This document shows, one piece after another, positions 24,901 through 40,908 of a stretch of 64,000 nt of DNA. Made by a program: the position numbers and the translations under genes. Within the stretch, counting starts at the first letter, position 1, and each line of letters begins with the position of its first letter. The notes below the pieces were generated by a model, which saw nothing but the letters and a program-made list of their open reading frames with translations, was not told where the DNA came from and made no database searches. Location of the stretch: contig CM035356.1 in assembly GCA_020137815.1 (NCBI GenBank), positions 7,812,001-7,876,000 of the forward strand, in the 5' to 3' direction. This stretch comes from Hormiphora californensis. Lineage: Eukaryota > Animalia > Ctenophora.

Positions 24901-26020
24901 TGGTATAGATGGTGCCACCACCATAATGATGGTGTTGTAGTCGGTTAGGTTTAGTAGGTCTCATCCTTGATATTGAGAGTGTAGGTTGTAAACAGCAAAA
25001 ACAAGATGAATTCAACGTTTCGGATTTAATATCCTTTATCAAGAAATTGGATTCAGCAGCTGCAAAAAAGAGAAACCCATGTAAAGTCGGATTTTTTGAA
25101 TTTGTCACCCCTGGGTGGCGCGCAAGTGTTATTTGTTTTTGCTTGTTTTTGCTCTCATGCCTTTTATGTTTCTTAACCAATTTCGTCGATCAAAAGTTTT
25201 ACGGACTCACAAAATTATGCTCTTTCCGGTGATATATGCAGTTTATACTGTAAAATGAGAGCAAAAGGGGGTGACAACTTCAAAAAATCCTACTTTAGGA
25301 TCAATCGCGTTGAGTCTAATACGTATAGGGTTCGATAATTTGTCTCTGGTGTAAAAAGGAACACTTTTCTGAAATTTACGGGCGCCGTACGATCTGGGTG
25401 TTTGGAGGCCTGTTTACAAGTGCGTGCTGCCAAAAAAGTTGATTCACTAAAATTGCTATAACCGCCAAACCACTCAACCGTTTTGGCTAATTCAAAGTTT
25501 ATATGGTAGGAATCTAAAGGCCTAACCCCAACCCTAACCCCAACCCTAACCCTACTTAGTTAGCCTTAACCCTAAAAACCATTTGTCAGCACTCCCAAAA
25601 CACCCAGATTTTAACGCTGTCCCTTGAAGTGGGTGTTTTGAGAGTGTCAGCCAAAACGGTTGAGTGGTTTGGCGGTTATAGCTATTTTAGTGAATCAACT
25701 TTTTTGGCAGCACGCACCTGTAAACAGACCTCTTGGCAAACGTTGCTGGCCACACAGCGCGGGATAAGGCAGCGCTTTTCAAACAGACCTCCAAACACCC
25801 AGATTTCGCAAAATTTGGAAGCAAAAAAACTTCAAATTTGTATTTTTCGAGAAAGTGATGCGCGCTCAGAATGCGGCGCTTTGATCAGAAAATTTCGCCG
25901 CTTACATCTGAAATACAAAAGACGCAGCGCAGAATTTGATAAAAACTTGAGCTGATTTTTTGTAATGATTTTTTGTTATGATTTTTTCAAGGTAAAAAGT
26001 TGGATTTTTTGTTGGCATTT

Positions 26021-26315
26021 AGGGATCCCTAAAAAAGTTCAGTACTTACACAGCGTTTACACAGTCTTTACACAGTCGTTACACCCAGAGCGCCCGCGCC
26101 GCTCTGGGTGTAATGACTGCGTCTTTCGCACTCGATTTTGCAGCGTTTTCGGAAACTTTTTTCACCGCAGCGCTCAATTTACTCAATTGTGCAGCACACA
26201 ATCCAATATTTTCTTAGAAAAAGCCGCAAAACGCAGCACGCGCCGCTCTGGGTGTAACGACTGAGTAAAGACTGTGTAAACGCTGTGTAAATACTGAACT
26301 TTTTTAGGGATCCCT
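26021..26315. mobile_element. Palindromic MITE
   Basis: agggatccctaaaaaagttcagta...tactgaacttttttagggatccct with long inverted arms. Confidence 0.8.
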
Positions 26316-26535
26316 GCAGACCCCAAATGCATGCGTTTTCCACGGCTTTGGGGGCTACAGCTTAGGGCTGTTTAGTTTACTCAAATTGGCCATGTGGTTG
26401 CGTGGCTATAGCCAGATAACAATCGCGCCCTTTTTTTAAGTCGGACTCCCGAGACCTTCCCGACATTCCCAGGACAGAATGAGTTCTTTATCTTATCTTA
26501 TTATTGATTTTTACTTGTTGTAGGAAATTTAAATC

Positions 26536-26786
26536 ATGAAGACTGTGCAGTTTACAAGAGTTACTGTCAAAGATTGGAACTACAAAAGAGCAGGTAAGTC
26601 CCACTTCAGCTCAGTTTAGGGTTTAGAGTGTATTTAAACAGCTGTCTACTGCAGGGCTGTCTCCAGCCCGATATTTCTGGGGGGTGCAGTGGCGAAGTCC
26701 GTAAATTTTATAACTAAATTATGCAAATTTTAGGGTTTTTAATCATTTGTGACGTCTACTTTCTAGACTTATGAATGCTACAAAAT

Positions 26787-26865
<79 letters not shown>

Positions 26866-29800
26866 TCTCTAGTCGATTACAACCGAAATTTGCTTTCCAC
26901 CAAGAAAAAACTAAAAAAATTAAAATTCGTCCCCACGATTCTGCAAGTTGGTAAAATTAGCAAAATTTTTGTTCAATAAGTGGATATCTGAAGGCTCAAA
27001 CTGAAAGTAACAGTTGTATAAGTTGTCACGAGACGATTGATATGTGTGTTTTGTTCGAAATAACGCCCTAAAACAGACTTTTTGAAATGAATATGCCCAT
27101 ATATGGGCATAGCTCGTGCCAACGTAATTGGGCCATGGTAGAGTCAAAACTTTGTGATAAAATGTTTTAGAATGATCGTAGGAGCTCATTTAACCCGATA
27201 CCAAGTGAAATTTTTGAATTGAATTAGGAATTGAAAAAATAGCACCCCCTGCACCCCCACCTGGAGCCAGCCCTGGTCTACTGTTACTACAAGATGAAAG
27301 ATATGTCTAATTAATTAAATTATTTGGGAATTCACCCAAACTAAAGTCTAAAAAGTACAGATAATACATGCTGCATTTTTCCTGTCTCAAAAGACTCATT
27401 TATTGCTAGGCTAATTCCTCGATCTTCAGATGTTACACAGACGGTGAACTTGGGGGATGGTGCGGGGATAGCAGATCTGAAGGAGGCAGCAGCAACGCAC
27501 TTCAATGTTGCAGTAGAGGAGGTCACCCTCGCTATATCCCTATCCGGTAAATGAGGGAAAACTTTTTCGCTTATTTTTCCACCTTCCATTTATCTACCAC
27601 GTGTCTTCGCAAATTAACTAAATGCTCTACCCCCATATTCATTCTCCCAGGGAAGGAATTAAGCGAGGAGGATATGAAGCAGAAGAAGGTATGCTGTTAT
27701 GTTCACATTCGAGGATTCCACTAAAACCGGCAACCACTCCCCACTCGCTCTGTTACCCACCCGCTCATCCCTATTGCTCCTCTCAACCCCGCTTCCGGTA
27801 ATTCTTCGTCTCGCCCGCTGTACTAGCCTTCTCGACCCTCTCCCTGGAGCCCTCCATTGCTTCTCATCCTTTCCTAGTATCGCTAGTCTCTGCTACTATG
27901 CTAGTATGCAACCCCTTTCTCTGGCTCCCTTAATCTCACCTACCCGCTTCGGCGCCTAGATGAAGTCCTCACTTCCACTATCTTCAGCCATTTCACCCCA
28001 TCTCTTCGTTGGCCCACCGTTAGACGGATTCCCTCAATAATCCCCCGCCTTTGTCTTATCACACTCCCGTCTCTACTTATCTGATAGACCTCAGTTTCTT
28101 CCTCGTCGCTCCCCAGCCTAGTTTCAACCAGCACCCAGCTGTTCTCGTGCCCACTGTTTCATCTACCTAGCTAGTATCTTGGTTCAACCCCGATACGTCA
28201 CCCTCCCCTTTCTTCTGGTTATCCTGGTATCTCCGCAGAAACTGTGGATCCCCTACTAGTCCTGCTCCAGTCCCACCGTCTCACTGCTTCCTCCCCATCT
28301 ATCTCTCTATTGTGTGCATTTCTTATTTTGTGTCTGTTACGAGATTGAAGTATAGCCCCTCAGAAATCCGACTTGAAGGCGATGCCTTGTTGAATGTTGG
28401 TCAATCGAATAAAGAGTGATGCCCCTGTTTTATCCTTTGTTTTTCAGAGAACTGTCAGAGCCCAATTAACATAAATTACATTAAAAGACACTAGTACAGA
28501 GCTCCAGATCATGGAGATCTATCATTATCCTTGTTCTCCTCCCTATAAAAACACAATTCTAATTTCAATAATTCAAAGACAGTTTAGATATCTCACGCCA
28601 AAATGCACTGAGTGCAGGATACGGAAAATTCTGGTGGCCGTGGAGATTTAGTCGGGTGTCCTACTCTGTCCAGATATAATGTACTGGACGATGCCTTAGT
28701 TACCTAGCTAGCAAATGTTTTTTAACCAAATATTTCTTAATCTTAATTTATCAAACTTTTATATTCTGCAAGATTGTATTCCTTCTCTATGTTTGGAACA
28801 GCACAATGTTTTATTTCAATTGTAAATCCCCCTACCCTTGCTATCCCCCTATTCCCATCCCTCACAACAATTCACTAGTATCTCTCTTACACTTTAGCTG
28901 CAGATGAATGGTGGGAATCTTGCATGGTCAGACGATGATAATATTGGAGAGGACCCGTTTAAGTCGATATCCCGACCATCCATCACTGAACTGCTACCTG
29001 AAGAGGAGGCCGGTGATGATGAGAGTACTACAATTGTAAAGGTTTGTTTTTTAGTTCTGATTCCACAACAACATGGTTTGTTGGGTATACCTTTTACTCA
29101 ACAAACTGCATGGTGGCCCCCACCAACATGGTATTTGTGGTGCCATGGTGACCTCATTCTCGCACGCACTTAGATGTCAATGTCATCAATTTGTAGTGTA
29201 CATGTGGGGAGAAGACTTCTAAACAAAGTTACAATTATGTTATCATCGACTAGTAGGCCCGTTCGCCCTACGGGCGAATTTCGGGGAAATGGTAGCTTGA
29301 TTAGGGAACGCTGACATCATCTGCACCATCCGTTCCTAGCCTATTTCTCACTTTCTCCCTACCCATGTTGTACGCTTCCTGACAATGTCAAGGTGCGAAC
29401 ATTGTTTTAGCTGTAATGTTTTTGGTCTTCTGCTTTTGTCCTACAACTAGCGGTTGTACAGTGGACACAGTCATAAACAGACAAGTTTTCTTAATTTAGA
29501 GATCTGTTGTTTATCTGTTTATCACTAAACCACCACTCTCACTTCTCAGGTTTCGACATATTTGCAGCTGGTATGAGAGATGCACTCGATAAAGAGGTGA
29601 AACTCTTTAAGAACCTGAAAGGACTGGAGTATGATGAAAAGGAAACAGCGATGATAAAAGACGGTAAAAATTATTTATATTTATGGAAATAAACAATTGA
29701 TAAGGAAATCTTCTTTAAAAATCTGAAAAAATACTTTAAACTCCTGATAAATCCAAAAAATATGATTAAAGAAAACTTTTATATATCTTTTCAACCTTTA

Positions 29801-30042
29801 AAATCTTCTTTTTCTTCTCAGGTACTACCGTTTACTACCTTGTAGAGAAAGCTGCAATCAAGAGTACTCGATCGCGGTCACCGATCATGATGCAGAAGAT
29901 TCAACCACCACCGTCGCTGCTGCCAGTTTTGTCCACATCCAACCACCGTGTACCAATACCAGCCTCCAAACCGCCTGCTCTGTCAAAGTTGCCCCAAGAT
30001 ACACGGGTTGATTCCGGGATCTTGGCAAGTTTTAAACATTGA
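26536..30042 (+). CDS. Transposon cargo gene(s): ubiquitin-like protein (exons 26536-26593, 27430-27546, 27651-27688, ~28898-29041) plus exons 29550-29663 and 29822-30042 homologous to the alpha-kinase N-terminus
   Basis: MKTVQFTRVTVKDWNYKRADVTQTVNLGDGAGIADLKEAAATHFNVAVEEVTLAISLSGKELSEE follows a ubiquitin-like pattern. The phase mismatch between 29041 and 29550 is unresolved (missing exon, two genes, or decay). Confidence 0.55.
26652..27275. mobile_element. hAT-type non-autonomous element, 8-bp TSD GTCTACTG
   Basis: gtctactg|cagggctgtctccag...ctggagccagccctg|gtctactg. Confidence 0.9.
29250..29290 (-). mobile_element. Helitron-like 3' end
   Basis: Minus strand has hairpin ttcgcccgtagggcgaa followed after ~8 nt by CTAG|T. 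Confidence 0.55.
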
Positions 30043-30653
30043 TCGCCTGGGTGAGAATAAGCAACAGAAATTTGGATGTGTGGACGAGACTGTTCTATTC
30101 GTAACTCAAGGTGTAACAGACAATCAAACTGGCTGGTTTTTAAGTTACAAACTGCATTCCGGCCTGTCTTTTCATTAATCCATTAGTATTATTATTATTA
30201 TTAATTGAAAAACTCTTGTTCTTCTTAACGAAACGCACAGTTTTGCCTTAGGGGACAATTGTGCACAATTGTGCAGAAAATCTGAGTACTTGACGTAGCG
30301 CGCGGGTACATAGTTCTGATAATCTTCGCGCGATAGCGCTACAGCAAGGTGAGCCACATGAGCCGAAACTACCACCCGGTTTCGAGCTGTTTCAAAACTA
30401 TTTCAATTTCTATTTCGATTTCTATTCTATTTTTATTTTTATTTCTATTTTATTTCTATTTTTTTTCTATTCTATTTCTATTCTATTTCTACTTTTATTT
30501 CTATTCTATTTTCATCTCTATTCTATTTATATTTCTATTTCAAAACTAGTTTGAAGTGTATTTTAAATCTATTTACAGGTTATAATGTAAGTTAAAGACA
30601 TTTGTTGTTGTAAAGTAGTAAAAAATATAGGGTGAGCCATTTCTCCCACCACA
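29992..30653 (-). repeat. Right terminal inverted repeat (662 bp)
   Basis: Reverse complement of 14990-15651. Confidence 0.97.
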
Positions 30654-30869
30654 CTCAAGTGTAAAAACCGCGAGGGTTTCAATTTTTCTACAGTTCTCCA
30701 GTTCAGAAAGCCATGTTTGTGGTTTTTGAATAACAGAAAAATTTTACCAATAGAAGGGGAGTATTTGGGCGGGGACTGGGGAAGGGGTGGGGTGCCGGGT
30801 AGAACCGATATATTCACAACTATCATGGACCCGCCCTACTGCACTACATAAAACAGACATATGACTCAC

Positions 30870-31769
30870 GATATGAGGATAAGAGTAAAGAGGCCCGCGT
30901 TGGAGGAGACCCTCCCTATAATCCCTGAAATGGTACAAAACCGTTCCAGACCTTCACGGTTTGCCATGAAGGCGAGCACTCCTAATCCCTGGATACCTCT
31001 TTTATCCTGTGGGAAATTAGTGGTGGTGATTTTCAAAACTACGATAGACAAGTCAGCTGATACTGCAGTTTAGCACAACTTTTCTCCAATCACGATAGCA
31101 ATTTGGAAACTATTAGATACCTGAAGGACTGAGTAAGCTGAGAGAGGCATCACAAATATCCCCTTGATCAGATCAGCCACGGCCATACTTATGAAGAATA
31201 TCACCGAGACCGTTTTAGTTACTGGGATCCGGGAAAATACTGTCAGGGCGATCACATTTCCTGGAAGAAGATTGAAAGGTAGCTCTCAAGTCTGGATACA
31301 CATGTATTCATGGATAATGGTTTTTACAAAAGTGAGGCGAAGGTGAGCGATACAAAATTGATCAAGTTTGAATATAATTTATACCTATGATGGTTACAGT
31401 TGAAAGGAGAATGAATATTGCAGCAAATCCCTTTTCCAACAGGGGGATTGTCTCAATTGTCTGATTTAGTAGCTGACTGGACTTTTCCTCGTTCGGCTCT
31501 AGAATCATTTGAATTTAAAAATTATTGGAAAATTATTTCACATTCTGCTGAGAATAATCCAATTTCTAAAAACAGTCGAGTCTCAATTTTTTGAATTTCC
31601 AGATGTTCCGGTAAATGGAGGTGAAATTTCTTCTAAACTCACGCATGGTCCATTGAATGGTGACAAGGTTGCTATCGCTCCAGTCCCAGATATAACTGGT
31701 AACATCAACATCAACAGGTGTCCCCACTGTTGGGTGACTCATATTCTCAATAAACGGTGAAGCGGACAT
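30870..31769 (-). CDS. Rhodopsin-class GPCR, 5' part only (N-terminus to TM3); exons 31643-31769, 31385-31498, 31121-31260, 30870-31006
   Basis: TM1 TVTIIGNVIAL; TM2 FFISMAVADLIKGIFVMPL; TM3 FCTISGIIGRVSSNAGLFTLILIS; N-glycosylation sites NMS and NQT. No downstream exons found. Confidence 0.85.
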
Positions 31770-32009
31770 GTTCTGATATCTCTAACACTTCCTCGATTGG
31801 AGCTGTACTGCTGCTGCTCCACTGTGGTTTGTCATGATCAGATGGCCTATAATAACTGGAAATATACAGTGTCAAAAAGTTGGTCCAACATATTTCAGCT
31901 TTGGAGTGTACGAACGCAGAAAGGTAGAAAAGTTTCGGTATGCAAGAGAGCTCGGACTCGCCAGACGTATAATTATAACAACTTAGTTTCAGTCCTACCT
32001 CTCTACAGC

Positions 32010-37650
<5,641 letters not shown>

Positions 37651-37965
37651 TTGGCCTTTCTGTCAATTTTAACGACCTTGTTCCGACATACAGAGAGAGA
37701 GCCGCGGTACCATGACTGACCTTATAATTAAACTCATGAACTTCTGAAAGTCGTAGTAACACACATCTGGCATGATACAGAGAAAAGGGAGTGCCTTAAA
37801 CGCTGTGACAAAGTATGAATCACTCACTCACAGCATGTTATATATTGCTCGACATTATGTCATACACAGCATAATGTCGCATTTTCTTGTTTCTCAGTCT
37901 ATCTAATGACACATACCCTCATTGGTGACATTGACACCTAGTGCGTGCGAGATCGAGGTCGCGCA

Positions 37966-38575
37966 GCGACCGAGATCGAGCTCGCACATAGGTGTCCGCT
38001 CCGCCCCCTAAAAAAGGGTCGTGTCTTTCAAGCCAAATTGCACGTGATCCACTGGACCGATTTGCATCCGGTTTGTCGCAAAAGACTACAAATTGGTCCT
38101 AGTTTACTGGAAAATACCCGAGAAGTTTGTCTGTCAACAGGAAGTGGGTCAAAATTGACACTGAGTCAAATCTATAATCTGGCTTCCGAGCCTTTTTGCA
38201 CCACTCCCAGACGGTGTAGAATGAATCTGAGGGTATCAGAAGATAGGTTGAAACTCTTGTGAGTACTGGAAAATACCCGGCATTAATAGCTGATGCTAAT
38301 TGCATCAACATATCTCCCAATATCTTCTAAATCGCATGGGCGTAGTGCAGAAACTCTCGGAAGCCAGATTATAGGTTTGACTTCAGTGTCAATTTTGACC
38401 CACTTCCTGTTGACAGACAAACTTCTCGGGTATTTTCCAGTATATTAGGATCATTTGTAGTCTTTTGCGACAAACCGGATGCAAATCGGTTCAGTGGATC
38501 GCGTGCAACATCCCTTGAAAGAAACGACCCTTTTTGAGGCGGAGCAGACACCTGTGTGTGAGCTCAATCTTGGTC
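37966..38575. mobile_element. Long palindromic MITE
   Basis: Imperfect inverted arms of ~230 bp, e.g. tactggaaaatacccgagaagtttgtctgtcaacaggaagtgggtcaaaattgacactga and its reverse complement. Confidence 0.75.
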
Positions 38576-38885
38576 GCGCACGGTGTCTATGTCACCAAAT
38601 ACCCTCAGTGTATCGATATTTTCTCCCATGACATTACACTGCATGAGTGGACAAACTTCAAACTACGACAATACAAACGATATGGTACTCTAAATTGGGG
38701 CCAAACACCGGTGTGGACCTTATGCACTGTAATATAGGACAGCAAGATGTAGCATTGTATTTGGAGTTTTATGTATGTGTCAAATCAACACTTCAATTCA
38801 TTCAATAACTCCTCTAATATCAGTTGAATGGACGTCCTAATGCCCCACCCATGCGGATTTTATGCATATCACCGCTTCGACATTG

Positions 38886-40291
38886 GCCAAGTGACTGGTT
38901 GGACAAGTGACTGGTTGGACAAGTGACTGGTTGGACAAGTGACTGGTTGGACAAGTGACTGGTTGGACAAGTGACTGGTTGGGCAAGTGACTGGTTGGAC
39001 AAGTGACTGGTTCTACAAGTGACTGGTTGGACAAGTGACTGGTTGGACAAGTGACTGGTTGGACAAGTGACTGGTTGGACAAGTGACTGGTTGGACAAGT
39101 GACTGGTTGGACAAGTGACTGGTTGGACAAGTGACTGGTTGGACAAGTGACTGGTTGGACAAGTGACTGGTTGGACAAGTGACTGGTTGGACAAGTGACT
39201 GGTTGGACAAGTGACTGGTTAGACAAGTGACTGGTTGGACAAGTGACTGGTTGGACAAGTGACTGGTTGGACAAGTGACTGGTTGGAAACAAGTGACTGG
39301 TTGGGCAAGTGACTGGTTGGACAAGTGACTGGTTCTACAAGTGACTGGTTGGACAAGTGACTGGTTGGACAAGTGACTGGTTGGACAAGTGACTGGTTGG
39401 ACAAGTGACTGGTTGGACAAGTGACTGGTTGGACAAGTGACTGGTTGGACAAGTGACTGGTTGGACAAGTGACTGGTTGGACAAGTGACTGGTTGGACAA
39501 GTGACTGATTGGACAAGTGACTGGTTGGACAAGTGACTGGTTGGGCAAGTGACTGGTTGGACAAGTGACTGGTTCTACAAGTGACTGGTTGGACAAGTGA
39601 CTGGTTGGGCAAGTGACTGATTGGATAAGTGACTGGTTGGACAAGTGACTGGTTGGGCAAGTGACTGGTTGGACAAGTGACTGGTTAGGCAAGTGACTGG
39701 TTGGACAAGTGACTGGTTGGGCAAGTGCCTGGTAGGTCAAGTGACTGGTTGGACAAGTGACTGGTTGGACAAGTGACTGGTTGGACAAGTGACTGGTTGG
39801 ACAAGTGACTGGTTGGACAAGTGACTGGTTGGACAAATGACTGGTTGGACAAGTGACTGGTTGGACAAGTGACTGGTTGGACAAGTGACTGGTTGGACAA
39901 GTGACTGGTTGGACAAGTGACTGGTTGGACAAGTGACTGGTTGGACAAGTGACTGGTTGGACAAGTGACTGGTTGGACAAGTGACTGGTGGGAAAAGTGA
40001 CTGGTTGGACAAGTGACTGGTTGGACAAGTGACTGGTTGGACAAGTGACTGGTTGGACAAGTGACTGGTTGGACAAGTGACTGGTTAGACAAGTGACTGG
40101 TTGGACAAGTGACTGGTTGGACAAGTGACTGGTTGGACAAGTGACTGGTTGGACAAGTGACTGGTTGGACAAGTGACTGGTTGGACAAGTGACTGGTTGG
40201 ACAAGTGACTGGTTGGACAAATGACTGGTTGGACAAGTGACTGGTTGGACAAGTGACTGGTTGGACAAGTGACTGGTTGGACAAATGACTG
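38886..40291. repeat. 16-bp tandem satellite (GGACAAGTGACTGGTT), ~88 copies
   Basis: Direct reading; this explains the SNQSLVQPVTCPTSHL ORFs. Confidence 0.98.
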
Positions 40292-40908
40292 CTAAGTAAG
40301 TCACTTCACTGGTGGCACCGGCCCGACTTCGATCTGATATTCAAAACAGGGTGGTCGCCACGTCGCCACAGCTTCCCAACTTTCACGAACAAGATAGGTT
40401 TTGCGGCACACTGCCTGCGCCATGTACCCAATCAGGGACCAGTATTTCCTGATTTGGTCGGTTCCTGCCATATACCCAAAACCTATCTTGTTTACCACCG
40501 CTAAACCACACACATAGATTGCCAAAAGCAAAGGAAAACAAGCAACTTTTTAGAACAAATACATTCTCTCTTAGTTGACACAATTAGCTGTATGTATTTA
40601 CAATTGGGTGGTTCTGTACAGCTGCACGTGCCTCTCAACAGGGGGGCAAATGGGATAAGCATAAAAAACACTTTCTCTCCGTATTATAATTGTCTCTCTC
40701 ACGCACATACTCTCTCTATCTTCTATCTCTCTCTCTCTCAAAGAGAGTTAACACGCATACACACACGCAATACAGTCCCTGCCGCAGAAGTATATCTCTC
40801 TCTCCTGTTGCATGTGCAAGTAGTTAACTTATAAAATCTCTCAAAACCGTCCACGGAGCAACACACAAACAAACACACACGAAAGTCTCTCCCACTCTAT
40901 CGTTTTAT

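Larger units (their letters stand above)
14990..30653. mobile_element. Giant IS3EU-like DDE DNA transposon (15.66 kb) with cargo genes
   Basis: 662-bp TIRs; termini TATGG..CCACA; flanks ctcaac/ctcaag (5 of 6 match); intact internal integrase-core gene. Confidence 0.8.

Noticed and set aside
25520-25575. Telomere (also 57697-57912)
   Set aside because: Short, degenerate, interstitial CCCTAA-like units embedded in repeats.
27695-28471. Solo LTR (TGTTA..TAACA)
   Set aside because: No target-site duplication and no second copy in the window.
14990-30653. Polinton/Maverick or LTR retrotransposon interpretation
   Set aside because: No protein-primed DNA polymerase B, capsid, ATPase or RT; the repeats are inverted, the termini are not (AG)n, and the genes are intron-rich.
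38820-40304. Long ORFs of SNQSLVQPVTCPTSHL repeats
   Set aside because: Artefact of a stop-free 16-bp satellite.
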